NCBI GenBank assembly: GCA_043808155.1
Contig: JAZDFD010000023.1
Span: forward strand, 1-64,000
Reading direction: 5' to 3'
DNA: 64,000 nt
DNA from: Candidatus Iainarchaeum sp.
Lineage (GTDB): Archaea; Iainarchaeota; Iainarchaeia; Iainarchaeales; JAZDFD01
Below, piece by piece: positions 10,258 to 19,808 of the stretch. Under the pieces are notes generated by a model. That model had not been told where the DNA came from. It saw nothing but the letters and a program-made list of their open reading frames with translations, and searched no databases. Position numbers and translations under genes: made by a program. Numbering within the stretch: the stretch's first letter is position 1; each line of letters starts with the position of its first letter.

Positions 10258-13200
10258 TTATGCTACTAGCCCAAGTTCTTGTTTGTATGCTGCGGCTTTG
10301 CCCATTACATCTGGAACATAATGTGATGCGGATTCACTACAACCCCATCCATTATATGCACGTAATGCTGCTTCCCATTCTGTGTAATTCGCATAACCAT
10401 ATTGGCAGTTTTCACATTGCGAAGCAGATAAAGAGGAACCACTACACCCATTTTTCCATTGATCATATTTTGCTTTTAAAAACTGAGCTCCGCATTCAAT
10501 ATTATTTCCCATGTCCATTAATTGTTCTCGCGTCATGCCACATTTTGTTTCATTCTCTTCCACTAATATTTGAAACATTCCTATGGATCTATAAAAAACA
10601 ACTCCATTTCTAGTTACCTTGTCGCCTAATTTCACAGTTGTTCCACTACTAAAATGATTCATTGAACTTTCTTTATCTGCAACTGCTAATAAAATTTCAG
10701 GTGGCACATTGTATTTATTTGCAGCTGCAATTATCAGATTTTTTACTTCTGTAGTTCCAAGTGTGCTATATGTTTGGTTATTGCCGGATGTGTTACTGGA
10801 TGAATTTCCATATTGATTTTCCCAGTCTATTCTATAACCTGTCCATCTGTTGAATGTAGTTACTAAATTTCCTGCATTTATTCCATGGTTTTGTGCATAT
10901 GTTCTCAGTAATGCTTCATCGTCACTTGGATGACTAACTCTTAATTGTTCAAGTTCTGACGCAACAACACCAATTTGTGTTTCAAATTGTGATGCACTTA
11001 AATTATGCAATGGCGGAACACTTTCAAACACAATCGCCATTAACATGGCTTCAGTGATTCCTTTGTCTTTGTATCTTATTGCCATATTAACAACTGGTTC
11101 CTGAATTGCAGGACTATAATAAACGGTTTTTCTTGCACCTTCACTATCAGGTGGTGATAATGAACCAAACACTATCTGGATACTTTTTTCCATAAATTGT
11201 CCTGAGCAGTATATGTCATCTAATCTTGTTGCGCTTCCATTTGCAAGGTCTTCTTTCATTGTTGCAATATCTGCTTCAGAAGTAATCTCTCTCATGTTAA
11301 TTGTACGAGTTCCGCCGCCTACTGATTGTTCAATATCAATTCTGTAAGTTGAGTATTTCCTTATTGTCTGCTGTAAAATATTTCCGCAGTCTTCATCTAT
11401 TCTGGTGTCTCCATCATTGTCAATCCCATCGCAGGTTTCCTCATCTGTTTTACCATCATCATCGTCATCCTGTCCGTTACCTGGTCCTTGTAAGTTAAAG
11501 TTATTTGCTTGGTCAGCTGGATCTGCGTAATTTTTACCCCAATACCAGTTCCATGCTCCCATTCCCGCTATGTTTGAAACTGCACCGCAAAGCACACCCC
11601 ATCCTATGCCTTTTGCAGTCTGCCAGCTCCAGAGATTTGCCACTGCTTTTTTAACACCTTGACCCCAGTTAAGTTTCTTTGATTTTTCTGCTAGTTCTGC
11701 TAGGGCCTTGTCTGTCAATTCTTTACCTATTTTGTTTTTGAACTTAGCATTTCCGCTAAAGTTAGTAATTCCTCTCCTGACTAATGATTTTACATTTCCT
11801 TCATTTACTGTTGCAGTAACTTTCCAACCCGTTGTTGTTGTTGAAGTTACCCCTGTAAGAGGATGTGTAGTTGTTGTTGTAATTGGGTCAAAAACATAAT
11901 CAATGTAAGGTGCGAATGCACTTTTGCCCAATGTAGTTGGAGGTAGGTCTGAAGCAGAGATTGAAATTCCTTTGCTTGTCAGGGAGTCAACCACGTGACC
12001 CTTAACATTAGTGTTTATTCCGCTTGATAGTTCAGTTCTCCAACTTTTTACAGTGCTTTCCATTAAAGTTTCCATGTCTACTCTTGTAGGTGCAGTAGCA
12101 CCTGGCCATGAATTTGTGGCACTAAATGAACTTCTACTTAATTTACTGTAAATATCATCTGTTGCGGTTGAAGAGAAAAGTCCCCTAATTGCGTCATTTT
12201 GTGCGCTTCCAAATCGAGCTGGTATCGTACCACTTGTCCAATTTGATGCATCGCTTAACAAATTAAAGTGCTTTGTTGTAGTTTGCCCCATTGCAGTTGT
12301 GTATGCTTTTTGGACTGTGTCGGCAATTTTATCTGCACCAGTCATTGCCCTTCTTTCAGCAGTAGTGGTTGCATCTTTCATGATTTTATCAAGTGCTTTT
12401 TTCATTTCTTCTTTCATTGTTTTTGAAATTGTATCTGCAGCTGTTGATTCTACGCCTTCTTTCACAAGTTGTGTCTTTAAATTAGCTGCTACGGAGTCTG
12501 AAATTGCTGTTGCACTACTTGGAGTTAGTTCTGTTAAACCAACATGTCCTGCCCTTGCAAGTAAATCTAAACCCAAACCAATTTCTCTTTCAACTAATAA
12601 ATTTGAATATTCTGCAGATGTTTGATTAGCTGTCTGCGGATTCTGCAAACCACCTGGTGTTTGAGTTACGGGGTTTGCGCTTGGATCATTACTGCCCCAT
12701 AGCAAATCACCTATGCCTCCAAAGAAATTCTTTATTGCCTGAGCAACTGCGGAATCCTGACCCGCATATATCAATGCAGGAATACCGCAGTCGAAGAAAG
12801 CATCCCATAATCCACCTGCCGGACTTAATGTAGTGGCCCATCCACATAATCCTGCAGTTAATACACAGGCTCCTAAATAGACACTTAATGCAGGCCATTT
12901 TTTACTTGCAATAAAACTTTGCCAAGCTGGTGAATTTGTAAGATCCAAACCAGTATTTGCACCTTCCTGTATTGTTGCTCTGTCTAACTGATTATCTCTG
13001 TAAAGTGCTCTCCAAATATCTACAGCGTCGATTTCGTTTGGTTCGCCTTTCCAGCCAACAGTTGCATAATATCTGCCAGGTTCTGCGTTTGACATGTCTC
13101 TGAATAAATCATAAGGATGGATTACACAAACTTTAATTTTGATAATTTCTTCAACTGGCTGGAATCGTGTTCCGCGCCCAGTAACTTCAACACTTTTTGC

Positions 13201-16200
13201 AGTAAGTTTGATTTCTTTCATATTTTCTACTGCTAAATTAAACTGATTACTTCCCTTTGCACAGACTTGGAATTTATGTTCATATAATTCTCTGCCTTCT
13301 TCTTTCACTAAGTCAATTTCCTGATCTTTTGAAATTTCAGTTCCGTCCAAATTCTTCAATTTAACATACATCACACCTGCTTCTGAACTTCCAAGATCTG
13401 TAACTCTTTTTTCAAAGTCAGTTTCAAGTGTAACTTTTTCCGGGAATTCACTGCTAACATTCGCATCAATACAAACTTCATCAGTTGTTAAACGTAACTC
13501 ATCTTCTGCTTTAAGACTTAATTCACCAAATTCTTCATAACTCTGAATTATGAATGAAGATTCATCTTCACTTATGCAGCCATCAACACTGTGTTCTGTT
13601 AATGATGCAACTGCGAGCGCAGCTTCTTTTGCAATCTGTTCTTTAAGTTCTGTATTTCCGGTTTCATAAGCTCTGTTAATGTAAGCATAAACTGTTTTTG
13701 GTGAATCCTGCGAACCTTCCTGTTTAATTTCAAGTTTTAATATTCCGCCCTGAGTATCTCCAAAATCTAAAACAAGTTTATTGTTTGATGGATTCAGTGT
13801 AACTCTGTCTTCAACATCAAATAATTCTTTTGAGAAACTTTTTGTTAATGATTCCAAACCAGTTTTTTGTTTTATAATTCCCGGCCATGCATTGTAATTT
13901 TCAGTAACACTATATTCTTCATCCACTGGCAAGAAATTCATGAAGTTTTGTATTTTGTTTGCACATTCTGCAGTGTTTTGTCTTTCTGGTTCGCTCTTTA
14001 ATAAAAGAATATAATTATCTTCCAGAATTCTGTTGTTGGAAACCTGCATTACTCCGTTAATTGTGAATGTGTACATTCCGCATCCTTTAATATCATCTGA
14101 AACATAAAGCTGACTTGACCAGCCTCCTGTGGCTAGTGAACTGATTTCAACATCTGAAATTGAAACACTTAAATTTTTTACTTCAGTTAAACCAGAATTA
14201 CTTAACTCATGCTGCAAGACCTGTGTAGTCATATAATCGTTCTGCATGAAAACAGTAAACGCAGTAGGGACAATTCCTAATGACGTAAAACTACAGTATT
14301 CATTATTTGCACAGCCATGGAAATTAGCTGATTCATAACTTCCGCGGTATGCTTTTGATTTTGCTTCAACTACTAATTCCTTTAATTTATCTTTCAGATA
14401 TAATGCAAGTGATTTTGCATCACAGTAATTTCTTGAACAGTCAGTCCCAATTAATGGATAATAAATTGTTTTAATAGTTTCACTGTCACAAACTGCAATT
14501 TCTTGCGGAGACGTGGCTGCACTTGTTTCTTGTATATCATTTCCTAATTTTATTGTAAATGGCTGGGATATTGTTGCGTCCACAAACTTCTGTGTTCTTA
14601 CAAGAAGACCTTTAACAACAACTTTGATATTTTCCTGATTATAATCCTGTCTTTTTTGAAGTATTATTTCAAAGTCTGCCTGCTGATTTGGTCTTAAAGT
14701 AGTTGCTGAAAGAGGGTGAAGTATTATTGAATTCTGCCCAAATTTGTCTGGTGAAATTGACGTAATATTCACTTCTTCTGCACATTGATTTCTTACTGTG
14801 ATTATTTTGCTTATTGAACCTGCAGAACTTTCTGCACTCTGGAAAAGCAAATCGTCATCAGACCATGCTTTTAAACACTCAAATCCGGAAACATGAATCC
14901 ATGCATTAACTCTTCTTAATTCATATCTTCTGCCGTCAATATTTCCAGAAATTACAACTATTCCTGGTACTGGTTCTGCTAAACTGTCTTCAATATCTGC
15001 TTCTGCGAACAGTGATCGTGTTGGTGATGCTGGCTGCCCTGGCATTAAACCAGGTATGTTTTCAGCTGGAACAATTGAAACACTGATACTGTTCAATCTC
15101 CAGTCATCACTCATTAGTGAAAAGCCAATATCTTCTACTGGCACAACACCTGTATTTCTTACAAAGATTGGCGCCATTGCTTTTGCTTTTTCTTCAACAT
15201 TTGATTTACTTAACCATAACACAAGATTGTCTGATGCTGAAATTGAAAATGCAGGGTTCCATATTAACACATTCAGTGAAATTCCCTTTGCAATTCTCGC
15301 AGATTCAAATACTATTGAATATGAAAAATTAAGTGGTGGTGCATTCATTCTTTCAACTTTATTCAGCACATCAATTGTAACATTCTGAGTTTCACCTGCG
15401 TTTATTGAAACTGAATTTGCAGTGATTTCAATATATGGGTCTCCTCTTCTAGGCAGTGCCCTTGTTGATAATTCTAATGCAGTGTCGCATGTGTTTTCTA
15501 TTGACAATTCAAGCTGTTTGCTTGTGCCTGCAGTTCCTGTCATGTAAAGCTGCAATGCACCTTTATCAAATTTCAGACAATCACTGTCAATTTTCTTGTT
15601 GTAACTTACTTTTACGATTGTTGTTCCTAAAACTTCATAAGTGCCGGAAATAAATCCTCTGATTATTACCTCTGTTTCACTGTACAGATTTGCTTTTGGA
15701 TTTTCTCCAATATATTTTGCAGTGAATGATACACCAATCTTTTGTTCAGCTTCAAGCGCATCTGGTAAATCAACTTCTAATGTAAAGTTTCTTGAAAATT
15801 CCCTGTCATTTACAAGTTCAAATGAAACCTGCTCAACTTTATAATTTGCTTTATTCTCTAAATCCACAATTACAGTTCCAACATCGCCTAATGCATCTAA
15901 ATTGAAAACAATTTCATCGTCAAGTTCAATTCCACCTTCTGCTTTTATTTCAATTTCTAGGTCTGAGCTTGCATAACCATCAGCTGAAGCAACAAATTTG
16001 TATTCACCAGGTGCGAAAATATTTTCAAAGAAATATAATCCGTTTTCTCCCTGTTTAGGAGTATTATTTCCGATTATTGTTACTGCAATGTTTTGTTCTG
16101 AATCATGTAAATGCACAGTTGCATTAGTTATTTTTTTACCCTGACTTTTAATTTCAAGTATGAAGTTTTCTGCAACATTTATTTCTTCAGGTGTTACTGT

Positions 16201-18972
16201 GAGTTCAAGTTCTTTTTCTCCTTCAACTTCTAAATTTATTTCTTTGTTTATTATTGTGCTCCCTGAAATTAACTGAAGAGTAAGATGAGTTATTCCTTCT
16301 GCAGTAGTAATGAAATTAACTGTTACTATTTTTTCTTCTCCTTGTGCAAGCCTCACATCTGAAACATCTAACGAAGTGACCTCCAGATTATCTCTTACTG
16401 AATCATCTAAAACATATCCTGTGACAAACAATTTTGGTTCTGATTTATCTGTGCTTATTTTTAATTTTGCGTTTCTGTCTTCTTCTGAAAGAATGCTCAC
16501 AAGTAATTCATAGTTTTTATTTAATGCAGGTCTGAATTCACTGCTTTCATATTCTAATCCTGTTTCATCTCTGAAGAAATAAGATACACAAACTCCGTCT
16601 TCGCATTTTGCATCCGGACTTTCTAAAATCTTCACAAAGTCAGATTTTGTGTTTGCATAAAGTCCTGTTCTTTCAAAATTATATTCGTCTTTTCCTAAAA
16701 CATCATCAACCGGATTTCTGAAATATTCATAGCCTATTAAACCCCACACACGGGATTTAACTTCAAAATCATCCAATGAAGTAGTTTCACGTGCCTGAAC
16801 CTTAACTTTTACAATAGTTGTGTCTGCAGGGTTATCAAAGTAAAGATCCAGCCATTTGTTATACTCACCCGGCACGCCCTGATTTTGCCTGTCAATGCCC
16901 TCATTTCCAGGTGCGGGTTCAGGAGTATAACTAGTGCCGTAGAATGATTCACCCACTACTGCATCAAATCCCAGAATACCTACGTCCTGTGAATCTGCAA
17001 ACTGAATATTATCATTTCCAATTCTTATATGCACTCCGCCTTTATAATCTCCTTCGGGCCAGTATGTTTCAAACTTTAACCAGTAATATCTGCCAGGGCT
17101 TATTCCTTCAACTTCTGCCCCAAATTCATCTAAAACTCCGATAAATTCAATTCTTGGTTCTAAACCCAATACAGTTTTGCCTGAAAATACTAGTTCATAA
17201 TAATCCAGTCCCTGCATATTAACTTCTTCTGAAAACTCTTCCCCAGTGTCAGTAACAACATAAACATCAAAAACATCATTCCCCCGAGAATCAAACAAAA
17301 TATAGCCTGTGTCTCCGATTGTTCCATTATAAAGTTCGGTTCCGTCTTTTGCAGTCACTACCACCGTTCCAAGAATACGTTCGTTGTTAGGGCCTACAAA
17401 GTATAATTCTTTCAAGGCAGTTGTATCTTCTAAAAAGATTCTTATTTCATTGAGCTCATTCAATCTCACTAAAACGCTTTCACTCCCTTCCATTGAATTT
17501 TTCACTGCTTTTGCAACAAGTTCAATATTTACCGGGGAGCGTACCTGCACATAACCTGAAAGATTTGTCTGAACATCAGGGATCCCAATTGGCAGTTCCA
17601 CGCCGTTTTTTAATTCCAAAAATGTAACTGTTGCATTTTCAACAACATCATACAAATCAGTTGCAACATAAATGCTTACATTTGAAGCATTGTCTGTGCT
17701 TGCATAATCCATAACAAGATCTACTTCTGGATTTTCTGAAATTTTTGCTTCAGCTCTTGCAGGCAATACTCCGTCTGCGTATGCAACAGCATAATATGTA
17801 TCTTCAGGATTTAAATTTCCGAATTCAACTGCACCTGAAAATGCAGAGTCCTCTTCACCAATTAATTCATTTTGTGAATTGTAAAGTCTTACTTTTACAT
17901 TTGTAAGACTCTGTCCCTGCGTGTCAGTTGTATAAACAGTAAGTTTTTGCCCGCCATGTTCAAGCATAACATCCAGAACTTCCTCATCGCCAATAACAAC
18001 AATACTGTCGTTTGTTACAAGACTGTCGTATCTTAAATAATCAGTATCTTCTTTTTGAACAATTACTCTTAATGGTTGTGTTTTGGGAATATCATTTGCT
18101 AAGAATTCTCCGTTGTCAGTAAAAGAATCAAAAAGTACAGCGCCACTATCCCGGTTTTCAATTGTAATTTTTGCTCTGTCAACTGGCTGATTTGTTTCAG
18201 CATCTGTTACTGTTACAAGAAGTCTGCCTGTACCCTGAAGATTAATGTTTTTTGGTGACATGTAAATTGCTTCAACACCAGTGCCTGAAAAAGTTCTTGT
18301 TTGATTTGAAATATCTTCATAATTGTCTGCTCTGACACTAACACTTAACTCAATGCCGGTTGGTACGCCCATTAAATGATAATAATTATCGCCTAAGAAT
18401 TCTGCTTCTAATTCTGTTGCCATGTCTGGAACTTTTACAATTACAACTGCATTTGGTATTGGTGTTTTTGAAAGTTCATCAATAACTGAAAGAAGTACTT
18501 CTTCATTTTGAATTATTTTTTTCATTGTAATTGGCACATAAATAATTTCTTTATCGATTTTAATTGTTGTACCTGCACTTTCATAACCACTTTTTGAAAC
18601 ATCAATTCTAATTTCTGCACCAGGCCAGATTCCTTTCAAATCAATTTTAGTTCCGTAAGACGGACTGCTAATTTGTTTTCCTCCTGAATCATAAATAGTT
18701 ACTGTCGGACCTGCAACTGTTGTCTGGAATTGATCTGTAACTGTAAGATTAATTGTGGGGTTAATTGTAAGCCCAATAAAAAACAAAGCAAAAAGTCCTG
18801 CAATAATAATTACAACAAGTGCAACAGTAAATGGGAATGAAGGTATTCCGTTGTTGTCAAGTGCATCTGCATACACTCCGATTGGGATTCCTTTTTCTTC
18901 CAGAGAATCAACTAGTGCATACCACTTATCTTCAAAGCCTGCATAAAAAGATCCTAGTTTTTCTGAAATCAT
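10258..18972 (-). CDS. Giant membrane-anchored surface protein (2904 aa) with C-terminal lytic transglycosylase (SLT/lysozyme-like) domain
   Basis: N-terminal TM and beta-sandwich repeats. The C-terminus carries SLT motifs in order: IIAAANKYNVPPEILLAVADKESS, SIGMFQI, NNIECGAQFLKAKYD, WEAALRAYNG. Confidence 0.85.
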   Translation of the reverse strand: MISEKLGSFYAGFEDKWYALVDSLEEKGIPIGVYADALDNNGIPSFPFTVALVVIIIAGLFALFFIGLTINPTINLTVTDQFQTTVAGPTVTIYDSGGKQISSPSYGTKIDLKGIWPGAEIRIDVSKSGYESAGTTIKIDKEIIYVPITMKKIIQNEEVLLSVIDELSKTPIPNAVVIVKVPDMATELEAEFLGDNYYHLMGVPTGIELSVSVRADNYEDISNQTRTFSGTGVEAIYMSPKNINLQGTGRLLVTVTDAETNQPVDRAKITIENRDSGAVLFDSFTDNGEFLANDIPKTQPLRVIVQKEDTDYLRYDSLVTNDSIVVIGDEEVLDVMLEHGGQKLTVYTTDTQGQSLTNVKVRLYNSQNELIGEEDSAFSGAVEFGNLNPEDTYYAVAYADGVLPARAEAKISENPEVDLVMDYASTDNASNVSIYVATDLYDVVENATVTFLELKNGVELPIGIPDVQTNLSGYVQVRSPVNIELVAKAVKNSMEGSESVLVRLNELNEIRIFLEDTTALKELYFVGPNNERILGTVVVTAKDGTELYNGTIGDTGYILFDSRGNDVFDVYVVTDTGEEFSEEVNMQGLDYYELVFSGKTVLGLEPRIEFIGVLDEFGAEVEGISPGRYYWLKFETYWPEGDYKGGVHIRIGNDNIQFADSQDVGILGFDAVVGESFYGTSYTPEPAPGNEGIDRQNQGVPGEYNKWLDLYFDNPADTTIVKVKVQARETTSLDDFEVKSRVWGLIGYEYFRNPVDDVLGKDEYNFERTGLYANTKSDFVKILESPDAKCEDGVCVSYFFRDETGLEYESSEFRPALNKNYELLVSILSEEDRNAKLKISTDKSEPKLFVTGYVLDDSVRDNLEVTSLDVSDVRLAQGEEKIVTVNFITTAEGITHLTLQLISGSTIINKEINLEVEGEKELELTVTPEEINVAENFILEIKSQGKKITNATVHLHDSEQNIAVTIIGNNTPKQGENGLYFFENIFAPGEYKFVASADGYASSDLEIEIKAEGGIELDDEIVFNLDALGDVGTVIVDLENKANYKVEQVSFELVNDREFSRNFTLEVDLPDALEAEQKIGVSFTAKYIGENPKANLYSETEVIIRGFISGTYEVLGTTIVKVSYNKKIDSDCLKFDKGALQLYMTGTAGTSKQLELSIENTCDTALELSTRALPRRGDPYIEITANSVSINAGETQNVTIDVLNKVERMNAPPLNFSYSIVFESARIAKGISLNVLIWNPAFSISASDNLVLWLSKSNVEEKAKAMAPIFVRNTGVVPVEDIGFSLMSDDWRLNSISVSIVPAENIPGLMPGQPASPTRSLFAEADIEDSLAEPVPGIVVISGNIDGRRYELRRVNAWIHVSGFECLKAWSDDDLLFQSAESSAGSISKIITVRNQCAEEVNITSISPDKFGQNSIILHPLSATTLRPNQQADFEIILQKRQDYNQENIKVVVKGLLVRTQKFVDATISQPFTIKLGNDIQETSAATSPQEIAVCDSETIKTIYYPLIGTDCSRNYCDAKSLALYLKDKLKELVVEAKSKAYRGSYESANFHGCANNEYCSFTSLGIVPTAFTVFMQNDYMTTQVLQHELSNSGLTEVKNLSVSISDVEISSLATGGWSSQLYVSDDIKGCGMYTFTINGVMQVSNNRILEDNYILLLKSEPERQNTAECANKIQNFMNFLPVDEEYSVTENYNAWPGIIKQKTGLESLTKSFSKELFDVEDRVTLNPSNNKLVLDFGDTQGGILKLEIKQEGSQDSPKTVYAYINRAYETGNTELKEQIAKEAALAVASLTEHSVDGCISEDESSFIIQSYEEFGELSLKAEDELRLTTDEVCIDANVSSEFPEKVTLETDFEKRVTDLGSSEAGVMYVKLKNLDGTEISKDQEIDLVKEEGRELYEHKFQVCAKGSNQFNLAVENMKEIKLTAKSVEVTGRGTRFQPVEEIIKIKVCVIHPYDLFRDMSNAEPGRYYATVGWKGEPNEIDAVDIWRALYRDNQLDRATIQEGANTGLDLTNSPAWQSFIASKKWPALSVYLGACVLTAGLCGWATTLSPAGGLWDAFFDCGIPALIYAGQDSAVAQAIKNFFGGIGDLLWGSNDPSANPVTQTPGGLQNPQTANQTSAEYSNLLVEREIGLGLDLLARAGHVGLTELTPSSATAISDSVAANLKTQLVKEGVESTAADTISKTMKEEMKKALDKIMKDATTTAERRAMTGADKIADTVQKAYTTAMGQTTTKHFNLLSDASNWTSGTIPARFGSAQNDAIRGLFSSTATDDIYSKLSRSSFSATNSWPGATAPTRVDMETLMESTVKSWRTELSSGINTNVKGHVVDSLTSKGISISASDLPPTTLGKSAFAPYIDYVFDPITTTTTHPLTGVTSTTTTGWKVTATVNEGNVKSLVRRGITNFSGNAKFKNKIGKELTDKALAELAEKSKKLNWGQGVKKAVANLWSWQTAKGIGWGVLCGAVSNIAGMGAWNWYWGKNYADPADQANNFNLQGPGNGQDDDDDGKTDEETCDGIDNDGDTRIDEDCGNILQQTIRKYSTYRIDIEQSVGGGTRTINMREITSEADIATMKEDLANGSATRLDDIYCSGQFMEKSIQIVFGSLSPPDSEGARKTVYYSPAIQEPVVNMAIRYKDKGITEAMLMAIVFESVPPLHNLSASQFETQIGVVASELEQLRVSHPSDDEALLRTYAQNHGINAGNLVTTFNRWTGYRIDWENQYGNSSSNTSGNNQTYSTLGTTEVKNLIIAAANKYNVPPEILLAVADKESSMNHFSSGTTVKLGDKVTRNGVVFYRSIGMFQILVEENETKCGMTREQLMDMGNNIECGAQFLKAKYDQWKNGCSGSSLSASQCENCQYGYANYTEWEAALRAYNGWGCSESASHYVPDVMGKAAAYKQELGLVA

Positions 18973-19149
18973 TTAATCACAACACACCCATAGGGTTAAA
19001 CTAATTTAATCACGATCCCCTGTATTATTATCTACATTAATATATTAATAATCCCTTCTGTTTCCAATTTATTATAGTACTAAATTGGTCATTCTAATAT
19101 ATAAATCTAATATTAAAGACTTAATATTTGCTCATTCTTTATTTTTTAT

Positions 19150-19731
19150 TCATTTTTTTCGGAACACATTTGCAATATCTTTCTTCGCATTCTCAAGCTG
19201 ATTAGTGGCCCACAAAAACCAAACAATATAAAATCCAGCAATCACAACAAACAAAGTCACTCTGAACAGAATGTCGTGTGTGAATTCTAAAACTCCTGGT
19301 GCAGGATTACTCACTGCAAATAGTATTGTCACAACAATCCTGAATATATTAAACACAAAAGCAAAGACAACACCAGCAACAATACCAATGAGTCGTTTTC
19401 GCATTTCAATTCCCAAAGACGCAAGCACTGCACCAATCACAATAAAAATTTCCATCAAACCAGTGCACAAATATGAAATCTGAATTTCCAAACTAGATTC
19501 AAGAAGAATAAGAACTGGTTCCTGCAGAACAATACTCCCTTTAACACCCATAATCCCAAGTAATGACATCACAATCGATGCAACAAAAAATTCAAACATT
19601 TCCAACGGAACAATAAAATTAAATCCGAAATAAAGCAAACTGTAAATAATCACGAAAACCAGCAGGAACTTAGTGCCTTTCTCTTTTTCGTCTTTCCTGA
19701 ACTTAAATCCAAATAAAGCTTTTTTTTCCAT
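19150..19731 (-). CDS. Archaeosortase/exosortase-family membrane protein
   Basis: Multi-TM; ISYLCTG (catalytic Cys), FNIFRI (Arg) and HDILFR, matching the exosortase/archaeosortase triad spacing. Confidence 0.8.
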   Translation of the reverse strand: MEKKALFGFKFRKDEKEKGTKFLLVFVIIYSLLYFGFNFIVPLEMFEFFVASIVMSLLGIMGVKGSIVLQEPVLILLESSLEIQISYLCTGLMEIFIVIGAVLASLGIEMRKRLIGIVAGVVFAFVFNIFRIVVTILFAVSNPAPGVLEFTHDILFRVTLFVVIAGFYIVWFLWATNQLENAKKDIANVFRKK

Positions 19732-19808
19732 AGTTTATTAATTAAGCAATTTATTTATATAAGTTTAATCCTTGTTCTAGCAAATTACTTAAACAAACCA
19801 GTAAAAAT

